Below, piece after piece: positions 17,745 through 27,279 of a stretch of 64,000 nucleotides of DNA; positions within the stretch are counted from its first letter, which is position 1, and each line of letters begins with the position of its first letter. Location: positions 256,001-320,000 of the forward strand of contig CAWCRS010000007.1 in NCBI GenBank assembly GCA_963798085.1, read 5' to 3'. This DNA comes from an uncultured Gemmatimonadales bacterium (GTDB taxonomy: Bacteria > Gemmatimonadota > Gemmatimonadetes > Longimicrobiales > RSA9). The translations under genes were made by a program, and so were the position numbers. Below the pieces are notes generated by a model. The model was not told the origin of the DNA, did no database searches, and worked only from the letters and a program-made list of their open reading frames with translations.

Positions 17745-20081
17745 TTGTCGCTGTCGATTCGCCGCCGAATCCCTGTCGCGTTCATCGTCCTGTTGAGCGC
17801 CTGCGGGCCTGTGGCGCATCCGGGCCTGGGTTCGGACGCGCGCCACGAGCTGGACCGCGCGCAGGAAGCGGCGACGCGGTGGATCACGCGGGCCCGAACG
17901 GGCAGCGACCTGGATGCGCACGCGGTGATCGCGGCCGGCTACCTCGAGCGGCTGCGGCTGGGCCTGGGCAGTCCTTTCCGGCTCATCGAGTACGCGCTGA
18001 GTGATCCCCGCCTGCCGGACAGCACGCGGACGCAGGTGGCGTGGGCGCTGCTCGGGCGCACGCTGGCGCGTGATGCGTACCAGGTCGATCCGGCGGCACT
18101 CGACCGCATTGGCCTCAGTCGGTTGTCGCTGCGGCCCGAGGCGGGCCTGCTGCACCTCGATCTGATCGACAACGCCATCCGCCAGTCCAGCGATCCGCGG
18201 GCGGGCGAGCTGGCGGTGCGGCTGGCCTACACGCTGGCGTCGGCGGCGGGCGACCTGAGTGGCGGCGCCAGCGAAGTGGCGGCGCGCGCCGCGGCGGTGA
18301 TCTGCGATCGCGAGCTGGCGCGCGAGGATGCGCGGCGCCTGCTGGCCGTGGCCCAGGACTCGGGCACTAACGCGCTGTTGTTGATCCCGCGGTGGCGGGC
18401 GGAGCGCCGCTTCCGCGTGGAGGCGCCGCCCATGCAGCCGCTGGACGCGGACGCGGAGAAGCAGGGTCTGGAGGTGGCGCCGCGGCTGGCGCACGTGATC
18501 CGCAATCTGGTGAACGGCCGGGTGGAAGGCCGCAACCTGTTCGCGGAGCGGCTGCAGCGACCGGCATCGCTGCTGGGTCCGCTGGCGGCAAGGCTGCTGG
18601 AAGCGCAGGCCGACACGCTCGGTGCGCCGCCGGAAACCCCCATCGCCATTGCCACCCTGCTGCACCGCGAACTGCTGTTGCAGCCGCCGTGGGCGCATGC
18701 GGATCAGCGCGTCGCACGCGAGCGCTTTGTACGCGACGCGATCAATGAAGAGACATTCGCCGCGCTCTACGCCGGGCTGCACGCGCGTTCGCCCTATGAT
18801 GCGGGGCCGGCCGCGACCGCACTGATGGCGGCGGTGGCGTTGCGTGCCTACGCACAGGAGCCGGTGTGGCTGCCGGGCAGCGGCGGGCCATCGGTGCGCG
18901 AACTGCAGGAGCGCTGGGGTCTGGCGGGCGTGACGTTCGCGGACGACGTGCCGCCCAGCTGGCGACCCTACTTCCGCCGCATGCTGGATCTGTCGCTGGC
19001 CGACATGTCGCGTGTGCTGCCCGCACTCGACCTGCACGGCCTGAGCGTGCGCTTCACGGATGAAGCACGCGCCGACGCGACGCTCGCGCTGCACGATCCG
19101 CGGCACCGCCGGCTGCTGCTGCCACCGGCCACGTCAGCGGGCACACTGGCGCACGAGATCGCGCACGACCTGGACTGGCAGGTGGCGCTGGAGCGCTACC
19201 GTGTGCGGGGCGACTACGCGAGCGATCGCGCGGTGCGCATGGCCTCCGACCGTTTCGGGGCGAGGCTGCAGGACCTGGCCGCCGCGTCCATGGAATCGGA
19301 GGATGGCAGCGCGCACGCGCACCGTCCCGCGGAGATCTTCGCGCGCAACGTCGACTGGTTCGTTGCCGCAACACTGGCGGCGCAGGGTCGCACGAACGGG
19401 TATCTGTCGTCTGTGCAGGACGAGATGCTCACGGGCTACGGCAGTGTGCGGCCGCCGGATATCAGCGGCGCCGCGGGTCATGCGCTCATCACCATCCTGG
19501 ACAATGTCGCGCCGCTCTATCCGGCGACGCGCGAGTGGTTCGTGAACAAGTACGGTCTGGCGCGGGCGCTCACGCCGCACGATCTGGTGCAGCGAGTGGT
19601 GGAAGCGAGCACGGATGCCGGTGGCGTGCCGGCCGCGAACAATGTGCGCGCCGGCTCGGTACCCGGCGAAGCTGCATTTCAGCGCATCGAACAGGCGCGT
19701 GACATTGCGTTTGCCGCGATCGACGCGTGGGTCTGCCGCACACCGGGTGTCAGCTTCTATCGCGAGTACGAGGTCGCGCGACGCGAGCTGGTGCTGGCGG
19801 CGGCGAAAGCGCGGGCGCGCGGAGTGTCGGTGGACATCGCGCGGCAGCTGGGCGGCGGCGCCGCCGCCGAGTGGGTGGCGAGGCGCCTGGATGAAGAGCG
19901 CGGCCCCTGGGGCGATGCGCCCGACTCGACCGTGCGCGCCGTGCTCGATCCGGTCGTGCAGCGTGCCCAGCAGGTGGGCACCGTCGTCCTGCCTTCGACG
20001 GCGCCGCGCATCGACATCGTGTCCGTTCCCATGCAGTGTCGCGTCCTGCCGTTCAGTGCAGTGACGGCGGCGCCGAAGTAA
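17745..20081 (+). CDS. Large hypothetical lipoprotein with HExxH zinc-metallopeptidase-like motif
   Basis: Lipobox LLSAC; TLAHEIAHDLD; downstream EIFAR; RBS gaggag before a TTG start. Confidence 0.7.
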   Translation: MSLSIRRRIPVAFIVLLSACGPVAHPGLGSDARHELDRAQEAATRWITRARTGSDLDAHAVIAAGYLERLRLGLGSPFRLIEYALSDPRLPDSTRTQVAWALLGRTLARDAYQVDPAALDRIGLSRLSLRPEAGLLHLDLIDNAIRQSSDPRAGELAVRLAYTLASAAGDLSGGASEVAARAAAVICDRELAREDARRLLAVAQDSGTNALLLIPRWRAERRFRVEAPPMQPLDADAEKQGLEVAPRLAHVIRNLVNGRVEGRNLFAERLQRPASLLGPLAARLLEAQADTLGAPPETPIAIATLLHRELLLQPPWAHADQRVARERFVRDAINEETFAALYAGLHARSPYDAGPAATALMAAVALRAYAQEPVWLPGSGGPSVRELQERWGLAGVTFADDVPPSWRPYFRRMLDLSLADMSRVLPALDLHGLSVRFTDEARADATLALHDPRHRRLLLPPATSAGTLAHEIAHDLDWQVALERYRVRGDYASDRAVRMASDRFGARLQDLAAASMESEDGSAHAHRPAEIFARNVDWFVAATLAAQGRTNGYLSSVQDEMLTGYGSVRPPDISGAAGHALITILDNVAPLYPATREWFVNKYGLARALTPHDLVQRVVEASTDAGGVPAANNVRAGSVPGEAAFQRIEQARDIAFAAIDAWVCRTPGVSFYREYEVARRELVLAAAKARARGVSVDIARQLGGGAAAEWVARRLDEERGPWGDAPDSTVRAVLDPVVQRAQQVGTVVLPSTAPRIDIVSVPMQCRVLPFSAVTAAPK

Positions 20082-20200
20082 TCCTGCCGCCCGCCTGGTG
20101 CGGGCTTCCCGTGCTGAACGCCGGAAGTCGCGTCACGGCCGGGCGTACTCCCGTGAGAAACGGGTGGAGCTCGCTTGATAATGGGCGGTTAGAAGGGGCG

Positions 20201-20866
20201 TCAGACGCCGCGCACGTGGGCGCCCCAGATCACCTTGTGCTGCTGGATCTGGTAGCGCACGGGCAGCGGGTCGGCGAGCACCCATTCGGCCAGTTCGCGG
20301 AAGTCCATGCTCTCCCACACGGGCGAGAAGAGCAGGGCGCGCAGGGTTCCGCGCTGCACGCGCTCGTCCAGGCCGCGACTGCGGATCACCTGCACGGCCC
20401 AGTCGTAGTCCGTGCGATCGGCGATCACGAACTTGACTTCATCGCGCGCCGTGAGATGATCGAGGTTGGACCACAGGTTTTTCGATACTTCGCCCGAGCC
20501 CGGGCACTTCAGGTCCATGATCTTGTGCGCGCGCGGGTCGAGGGGCGCCACATCGATCGCGCCCGATGTTTCCACGAGCACGGTGCAGCCGTGGTCCAGC
20601 AGGCGCTGCGCCAGCTCGAAGGCAGGGCGCTGTGCGAGCGGCTCGCCGCCTGTCAGCTCGACCAGTTTCGTACCGAATGCATCGACGCGCGCCACGATTT
20701 CATCGAGCGACATGCGTTCGCCGCCGTGGAAAGCGTACGCCGTGTCGCACCACACGCAGCGCAGCGGGCAGCCGGTGAGGCGCACGAAGGTGCAGGGCAG
20801 GCCTGCCCAGGTGCTTTCGCCCTGTATCGAGTGGAAGATTTCGGTGATTCTGAGCGGAGCGGACAT
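20201..20866 (-). CDS. queE: 7-carboxy-7-deazaguanine synthase (radical SAM)
   Basis: EIFHSIQGE, GCPLRCVWCDT, TGGEPL, QQHKVIW. Confidence 0.9.
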   Translation of the reverse strand: MSAPLRITEIFHSIQGESTWAGLPCTFVRLTGCPLRCVWCDTAYAFHGGERMSLDEIVARVDAFGTKLVELTGGEPLAQRPAFELAQRLLDHGCTVLVETSGAIDVAPLDPRAHKIMDLKCPGSGEVSKNLWSNLDHLTARDEVKFVIADRTDYDWAVQVIRSRGLDERVQRGTLRALLFSPVWESMDFRELAEWVLADPLPVRYQIQQHKVIWGAHVRGV

Positions 20867-20874
20867 CAGAACGG

Positions 20875-21843
20875 CTAGGGATTCAGGTTCTTGCCGTCGC
20901 CCGACCGTCGCACCAGAAAGCGGAACGGGCTCTCGGCCAGCACTGCGTTCACCACGAACAGCAGGTTTGCCGGCCGCTCGGCCATGCGGCGCATGAGATA
21001 GGGGTACCAGGCATCTCCGAACGGCACATAGATGCGCACGGTATACCCCTGATCGCGCAGGGCGTGCTGCAGGTCGCGCCGCACGCCATAGAGCATCTGG
21101 AACTCGAACGCACTGTTGGGCAGCTGGCGCTCGCTCGCGAACGCGGTGGTGGCGCGGATCATGGCGTCATGATGCGTAGCAATGCCGGGATACGTGCCGT
21201 CGGCCAGCAGCATGCGCATGAGCTTCACGAAATTGGCATCGACGGCCGGTTTCTGCTGCAGCGCCACGCTCTCGGGCTCCTGGTAGGCGCCCTTGCACAG
21301 GCGCACCCGGGCCTGCAGCTGGTTGGCCATCTGCACATCGGACTCGCTGCGCAGCATGTAGGCCTGCAGCACAATGCCGATGTTGCGGGTGCCCGCTTCC
21401 CAGAGTAACCGGAAGAAATCGATGGTGCGCCCCGTGTGCTTGCTGGACTCCATGTCGAAGCGCACGAACATGTCGTGCTGCGCGGCTTCCGCAATCACGC
21501 GCCCGATGTTTTCGCGGAGGAAATCGCCGTCAATGTCCTGGCCCATCTGGGTGAGCTTGAGCGACACGTTGGCGTCCAGCTTTTCTTCGGCAATGCGGCG
21601 GATCAGCGCGACGTAGATATCGGCGGCGGCGGTGGCTTCCTCGCGGCTGCGCACGGATTCGCCGAGGCAGTCGAGCGTGGCCTTCATGCCGGCGTGGTTC
21701 AGCGCACGGGCGGCGCGCACGCCGTCCTCGACGGTCTCACCCGCGACGAAGCGACGGGCCATGGTGCGAGCGCCCGGCGCACCAGTAGCGATGCGCCGGG
21801 CGAGCGGGTTCTCGCTGAGAAAGATCAGTGCTTCGCGCAGCAC
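20875..21843 (-). CDS. Monofunctional proline dehydrogenase
   Basis: RFVAGE, SLKLTQ, FDME, RLCKGAY, ATHH, FQMLYG, YLMRRMAERP. Confidence 0.9.
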   Translation of the reverse strand: MLREALIFLSENPLARRIATGAPGARTMARRFVAGETVEDGVRAARALNHAGMKATLDCLGESVRSREEATAAADIYVALIRRIAEEKLDANVSLKLTQMGQDIDGDFLRENIGRVIAEAAQHDMFVRFDMESSKHTGRTIDFFRLLWEAGTRNIGIVLQAYMLRSESDVQMANQLQARVRLCKGAYQEPESVALQQKPAVDANFVKLMRMLLADGTYPGIATHHDAMIRATTAFASERQLPNSAFEFQMLYGVRRDLQHALRDQGYTVRIYVPFGDAWYPYLMRRMAERPANLLFVVNAVLAESPFRFLVRRSGDGKNLNP

Positions 21844-21850
21844 GGAATCG

Positions 21851-22329
21851 TCAGTTCTCCAGTTCCCGCCGCTTGCGTTCGATGGCGGCGTCGAGTTCGG
21901 CCTTCACTTCGTAGAGCGACATTTCGAGGGCGTTTCTGCGCGCTTCTTCCGCGCTGGCGCCGAACGCGACATTGCCGGACTCGGCGTGATCCATGATGCC
22001 GGCGCCGGTAGCGGCCCAGCGGATGAAGACGAGGAACGCCGCCCACGGCCGAGCCTCGTCGCCCGTCGCTTCCGTGTCGATATCGACCGTGTAGGGCTGG
22101 CCATCCACACCCTCGAATGCGGGCACGCGATCGTGCATGTCAATGTAGCCGCCCAGCGTCAGGTCGCGCGCAGGATTCGCGGGAGCGTCGTCGCCACGCA
22201 GCAGTTGCAGCACATCGAGGCCCGGATCCAGGGCTGATCGTCGCCCGCATCATCGTCGCCCATTCCCATGAGCGCGCGGCGCTCGAGCTCGTCGTAGATC
22301 TCGTCGTCTTCCGGTTTCTTTTCAGTCAC
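21851..22329 (-). CDS. Acidic hypothetical protein, one base missing near 22232
   Basis: Adding one C to the CCC run joins MTEKKPEDDEIYDELERRALMGMGDDDAGDDQP to LDPGLDVLQLLRG...; the span of 479 nt is one short of a codon multiple. Confidence 0.65.
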
Positions 22330-22487
22330 ACTCGGCCCGGCACTGCGGTGGCTTGGACCGGGAACGTTAGCAGCGGGTGCGGCCCGCCGCCACCCTGGGC
22401 CGGTGGCGAGCGGCGAGGGGGCGGGCGTATGCTTGGGTCATGGCCAGCCCCACGCGAAGCGGAGCGCCTCCGCCAGTGACGGAGACC

Positions 22488-23507
22488 ATGCGCGCGGCGA
22501 TCATCCGCGAATTCGGCGGCCCCGACGTGCTGCGGGTCGAGGCGGTGCGGGTGCCGCAACCGGGGCCGGACGCGGTACGTATTGCGGTGCGCGGCTCGGG
22601 GCTGAATCACCTCGACCTGTTTGCGCGCCGCGGTCTGCCGGGCGTGCCCCTGCCGCACATCGGCGGCTCCGACATAGCCGGCGTCGTGGACGCCTTGGGT
22701 CCGGGCGTGCACGCCTGGAAGCCGGGCGACCCCGTCGTGGTCAATCCCACACTCTCCTGCGGGCACTGCGAATGGTGCCTGCGCGGCGAGGATCCTCTGT
22801 GCGCCGAGTTCCGCATCATCGGCGAACATCTGGATGGCGGATTCGCGGAATACGTCGTGGTGCCGGCGGCGAACCTGTACCGGGTGCCGGATGCCTGGGA
22901 CCTCATGCGCGCCGCAGCGGTGCCGCTCGTGTTTCTCACGGCGTGGCGGGGACTGGTCACGCGCGCGCGACTGGTGGCGGGAGAAACGTTGCTCATCACG
23001 GGTGCGTCCGGTGGCGTAGCCACGGCCGCAATCGGGGTGGCGAAGCATCTCGGCGCCCGTGTCGCCGCCATTACTTCGACGGAGCACGTGGAGCGCGTGC
23101 GTGCGCTGGGTGCTGACGCCGTGTTCGATCGGCGCGACGCAGCACACCGCAAGGCGCTGCACGATTGGACCGGCAGGCGTGGCGTCGACGTAGTGTTCGA
23201 TGCGGTGGGTCAGGCGACATGGCACGACAACCTGCGCGCAGTCAGGCGGGGCGGCCGCTTCGTCGTGTATGGTGCGACGACAGGCCCGGAAGCCGTCACC
23301 GATGTGCGTTTCGTATTCTGGAAGCAGATCGAGATTGTGGGGACGACGATGTCGAACCGGCGTGAGTTCGAAACCGTGATGGACCTGGTCTTTGGCGGGC
23401 TCCTGCAGCCGGTGATCGACGTGGTCTGGCCGCTCGAACGTGTGCGTGCAGCGCACGAGCGGCTGGAGCACGGCGATCAGTTCGGCAAGATCGTGCTGGT
23501 GCCGTGA
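22488..23507 (+). CDS. Zn-binding MDR-family oxidoreductase (quinone reductase/ADH-like)
   Basis: LNHLD, CGHCEWC...C, GASGGVA, GKIVL; RBS ggag. Confidence 0.9.
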   Translation: MRAAIIREFGGPDVLRVEAVRVPQPGPDAVRIAVRGSGLNHLDLFARRGLPGVPLPHIGGSDIAGVVDALGPGVHAWKPGDPVVVNPTLSCGHCEWCLRGEDPLCAEFRIIGEHLDGGFAEYVVVPAANLYRVPDAWDLMRAAAVPLVFLTAWRGLVTRARLVAGETLLITGASGGVATAAIGVAKHLGARVAAITSTEHVERVRALGADAVFDRRDAAHRKALHDWTGRRGVDVVFDAVGQATWHDNLRAVRRGGRFVVYGATTGPEAVTDVRFVFWKQIEIVGTTMSNRREFETVMDLVFGGLLQPVIDVVWPLERVRAAHERLEHGDQFGKIVLVP

Positions 23508-23519
23508 AGCGTACGGCGA

Positions 23520-23834
23520 TCAGAGCGGTGTCCAGCGGTTCGCATCGCGCACGCGGTATTTCTCGAGCACCCGCCCGAATGCTTCATTCAGATCGATGCC
23601 CTGCTCATTGGCGAGCGCGATCAGCACGAAGAGGATGTCGCCCATCTCGAGAGCGAGATCCTGCTCCGGCTCCTCCGGCTTCTTGGGCTTGTGGCCGTAG
23701 CGATGATTCAGCTCGCGCGCCAGCTCACCGACTTCCTCGACCAGGCGAGCGAGGTTCGAGAGGGGCGGCCAGTAGCCTTCGGCGAACTGGCTCACCCACC
23801 CGTCCACCGCGCGCTGCGCTTCCTCCAGTGTCAC
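23520..23834 (-). CDS. MazG-like nucleotide pyrophosphohydrolase (YpjD-like)
   Basis: EEVGELARE...EMGD, RDANRW. Confidence 0.9.
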   Translation of the reverse strand: MTLEEAQRAVDGWVSQFAEGYWPPLSNLARLVEEVGELARELNHRYGHKPKKPEEPEQDLALEMGDILFVLIALANEQGIDLNEAFGRVLEKYRVRDANRWTPL

Positions 23835-24964
23835 GCGCCACCCGCAGCGAGTTCGTCGGCGACGAAATCGATCTCGGCCTCGGTGTTGTAGAAATGCGGC
23901 GAGATGCGAACGTATCCGGGTCGCCAGTCGACAATAATGTCGCGCGCGGCGAGGCGGGCAACGGCGGCGCCCGGGTCGGAATGCGCGACCATGACAATGG
24001 CGGAGCGCGACGCGGCGCGGGATGCGCAGCGCACGCGAAACCCGGCGTCGCGCACGCGCTCGATCAGGCGCTCCGTGAGCGCGCTGTCACGCGCGCGCAC
24101 TTCCGCCATGCCCACTTCCTCAATGATCTCGTGGCCGCCCAGCGCGGCGTGGACGGTGGGCAGTGCGGGTGTGCCCATCTCGAAGCGGCGCGCATCATCC
24201 TTGAACGCGAAATGCGCGCTGTCGAAGGCGAACTGATCGCGCGCGCCGAACCAGCCGGTGGTGTGCGGCTCGAGCTCGCGTATCAGCTCGCGGCGCACCC
24301 ACAGATACGAAAGACCGGGCCCGCCCAGCAGCCATTTCAGCGGACCGGTGATGAGCACATCGGCATCCGCGGCGCGCACATCGATGGGCACCTGGCCGCC
24401 ACTCTGGTACGCGTCGACGAGAAAGAGCGCGCCGCGCGCGTGCGCGATGTCGGCGAGTGCGCGCAGGTCCTGGATGGCGCCGGTAGTGAAGAATACGTGG
24501 CTCGTGGCGAGGATCGCGGTGCGATCATCCACCGCCGCGGCGAAGCGCGCGGGATCGATGGTCGCGCCATCGTCGCTCTGCACACGCACGACTTCCACTT
24601 CGGGCCGCACCATCCACTGATAACCGAGTGTCGGGAAATCCAGCTCGGCAATCACGACGCGGTTGCGTCTGCTGTAGTCGACCGACGACGCGATGCTGGC
24701 GAGCGCGACGGAAACGCTGGCCGTGAGCGCGATTTCGTCGGCATCGCCGTTCAGCAGGCGGGCCACGGCGCCGCGCAGGGACTCGAGGCGGCCGGTCCAG
24801 GTCTCGTACCACGCGGACGCGCCGTAGGCGTGCCACTCCTCGTGAAAGCGCTGGATGTAGTTCAGCGCACGCTGCGAAAGTGCTCCCAGCGAGCAGGAGT
24901 TGAGGTACGTCTTGCGCTGGAGGATGGGGAACTCGGCACGCCAATCACTGATGTTCACGAGCAC
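23831..24964 (-). CDS. Class V PLP aminotransferase (cysteine desulfurase/kynureninase-like)
   Basis: YLNSCSLG, VDAYQ, LKWLLGGPG, RISPHFYN. Confidence 0.85.
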   Translation of the reverse strand: MLVNISDWRAEFPILQRKTYLNSCSLGALSQRALNYIQRFHEEWHAYGASAWYETWTGRLESLRGAVARLLNGDADEIALTASVSVALASIASSVDYSRRNRVVIAELDFPTLGYQWMVRPEVEVVRVQSDDGATIDPARFAAAVDDRTAILATSHVFFTTGAIQDLRALADIAHARGALFLVDAYQSGGQVPIDVRAADADVLITGPLKWLLGGPGLSYLWVRRELIRELEPHTTGWFGARDQFAFDSAHFAFKDDARRFEMGTPALPTVHAALGGHEIIEEVGMAEVRARDSALTERLIERVRDAGFRVRCASRAASRSAIVMVAHSDPGAAVARLAARDIIVDWRPGYVRISPHFYNTEAEIDFVADELAAGGA

Positions 24965-25089
24965 CCGTGCAGAGGGAGACGCAGTGCGCGGACGCGGTCC
25001 GTCCGTCCCGCGAACGCTCGCGGGCCGCGCAAATTACGCCGCCGCGCGATGCGGCGGCAAGCGAACCCGGCAGTGCGCCGAGCCTGACC

Positions 25090-26286
25090 ATGCCGCCTTC
25101 ACCGATGGAGCTGCTGCTGGCTCTGCCGTGGATCGTGGCGGCGCTGTTCCTGCCCGTGCTGCTGCAGCGCCGGCCCCGTCTCGACGAGAACCCGCCGGCG
25201 AAAGGCGAGCTGCCGCTCATCTCCATCATTGTGCCCGCGCGCAATGAAGCCGATAACATCGCCGGCATCATGGCGACGCTGCTCTCCTCCGATTACCCGC
25301 GCTACGAGATCATTCTGGTCGATGACCGCAGCACGGACGGGACGACGGAGATCGCGCGGCGGTTGACGAGCAATCATCCCAATGTCGTACGCCTGGTCGA
25401 AGGCGAGCCGCTGCCCGCCGGCTGGGTAGGGAAGTGCTGGGCCTGCTGGCAGGGCTACCGCCGCGCGGCAGGTGCGGTGCTGGTGTTCACCAATGCCGAT
25501 ACACGGCACCATCCGCATCTGCTGGGACACGCACTGGGCGCACTGCGCCGTCACGCCGCGGACCTGGTCAGTGTCTTTCCGCGGCAGCTCATGTTCACGT
25601 ACTGGGAGCGCGTGATCCAGCCGCACGTATTCACCGCGATCATGTTCCGTTATCGCGACGGCGAGCGCATCAACCACTCGCGCAATCCGCGTGACGTGAT
25701 TGCCAATGGCCAGTTCATCGCCATGACGCGCGTGGGCTACGAAGCGATTGGCGGACACGAGGCGGTGCGCGCGGAGGTGGTGGAGGACCTGCACCTGGCG
25801 CAGCGCACGGTGGCGCTGGGCCGGCGTCTCTACGTGGCGTACGCGGAGGATCTGATCGCCACGCGCATGTACCGCTCACTCGCGGCCATTGTCGAAGGCT
25901 GGTCGAAGAACCTGGCCAATGCCTCACGGGACACGGTGGACCCGTGGCTGCGACCCTTCCTGCCCTGGCTCATCTCGCTGGCGCTGCTGCTGGTGTGGGT
26001 GGCGCCGCCCCTGACACTGCTGTTAGCGCCGCTGCTGCACACCGGCCTGGGCTGGAGCCTCACGGCGGTGAGCGCGTCCATCGTGTTCTGGCTGGGCATG
26101 CACCGCATCTTCCGCATTCCCCTGCTGCCCGCGCTGCTCTACCCGCTGGGCGCCATGATGACGGCCGCGCTCTACGTGCGCAGCGCATTGCTGGGCAGTG
26201 CGGTGACCTGGAAGGGCAGGCGATACGGCGAGGTGGAAGCCGCGGCGAACGTGGAGGCGGAAAGCGCAGCGGACGACGGCAGCTGA
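25090..26286 (+). CDS. Membrane GT2 glycosyltransferase (carotenoid/hopanoid glycosyltransferase-like)
   Basis: PARNE, DDRSTDGT, GWVGK, ANGQF, VVEDL, RMY, WKGR. Alternative start 25105. Confidence 0.85.
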   Translation: MPPSPMELLLALPWIVAALFLPVLLQRRPRLDENPPAKGELPLISIIVPARNEADNIAGIMATLLSSDYPRYEIILVDDRSTDGTTEIARRLTSNHPNVVRLVEGEPLPAGWVGKCWACWQGYRRAAGAVLVFTNADTRHHPHLLGHALGALRRHAADLVSVFPRQLMFTYWERVIQPHVFTAIMFRYRDGERINHSRNPRDVIANGQFIAMTRVGYEAIGGHEAVRAEVVEDLHLAQRTVALGRRLYVAYAEDLIATRMYRSLAAIVEGWSKNLANASRDTVDPWLRPFLPWLISLALLLVWVAPPLTLLLAPLLHTGLGWSLTAVSASIVFWLGMHRIFRIPLLPALLYPLGAMMTAALYVRSALLGSAVTWKGRRYGEVEAAANVEAESAADDGS

Positions 26287-26306
26287 AGCAGCGTCGTCGC
26301 CAGCGA

Positions 26307-27146
26307 TCAGTCGTCCACGAAGTCCACGTTGACGCGCCGGGGAATGAGGCCGGCCTGGAACCCGCGATCGAGGAACAGCTGCACCGCGCGCCGGCCATCG
26401 GCACCGTAATCCAGCGTGCGCGCGTTCACGTACATGCCGACGAACGCGTCGGTCTTCGCTGGATCGAGGCCTCGCCCGTATTGCTGCGCGTGCGCGAGCG
26501 CTTCCACGCGGTGCTCGAGTCCCAGCGCAATGGAAGCGCGCAGCAGGCGAGAGACGCGCAGCATCAGCTCATCGCCCAGGTCACGCCGGATGACGTTGCC
26601 GCCCAGTGGCAGAGGCAGGCCGCCGGTCTCCTTCGCCCACCACTTGCCGAGGTCCGCGACCAGGCGCAGGCCCGCATCCTCGAAGGTGAGCTGGCCTTCG
26701 TGTATGAGCAGGCCGGCATCGGCTTTGCCTTCGGCCACGTGCTCGATGATCTGATCGAAGGCGACGACTTCGTGTTCGACATCCGGGCGGAACATTTTCA
26801 GCGCGAGGAACGCCGACGTCATGGTGCCGGGCACGGCGACACGCAGTCCGGCAAGCTGAGAGGGACGCAGTCGCTTGCGCGAAACAATGCGCGGGCCGTA
26901 GCCCTCGCCCATGGACGCGCCGTGCGGTAGCAGCGCGTATCGGGCAGACAGATACGCGTACGCGTGGATGGACACGGCAGTGACGTCCAGCTCGCCACCC
27001 AGTGCGCGGCGGTTGAGCGTTTCAATGTCCTGCAACTCGTGCTCGAAGCGCAGCTCGCCGGTGTCGATCCTGCCGGTAGCTAACGCCCAGAACATGAACG
27101 CATCGTCCGAGTCGGGCGAATGCGCCACGCGGATGGTCCGTCGCAT
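26307..27146 (-). CDS. mqnD: 1,4-dihydroxy-6-naphthoate synthase (futalosine menaquinone pathway)
   Basis: HSPDSDDAFMF, GEGYGP, IHEGQ, LPLPLG, MYVN. Confidence 0.9.
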   Translation of the reverse strand: MRRTIRVAHSPDSDDAFMFWALATGRIDTGELRFEHELQDIETLNRRALGGELDVTAVSIHAYAYLSARYALLPHGASMGEGYGPRIVSRKRLRPSQLAGLRVAVPGTMTSAFLALKMFRPDVEHEVVAFDQIIEHVAEGKADAGLLIHEGQLTFEDAGLRLVADLGKWWAKETGGLPLPLGGNVIRRDLGDELMLRVSRLLRASIALGLEHRVEALAHAQQYGRGLDPAKTDAFVGMYVNARTLDYGADGRRAVQLFLDRGFQAGLIPRRVNVDFVDD

Positions 27147-27187
27147 CGATTGTCCTCTGAGCTTGACTTGGGCCCTGATGGCGGCAG

Positions 27188-27217
27188 ATCTTAGAGGAGG
27201 CGCTGCCCGGGTGTCAA
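27188..27217 (-). promoter_or_regulatory. Sigma70-like promoter for mqnD
   Basis: Minus strand TTGACA-N18-TAAGAT, about 40 nt upstream of the start codon. Confidence 0.6.
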
Positions 27218-27279
27218 TTTCCCCGTGCACGACCCCGCCAGGCGACCCGGCCTGCTCCGCCTCCGGCAAGGATGTACCG

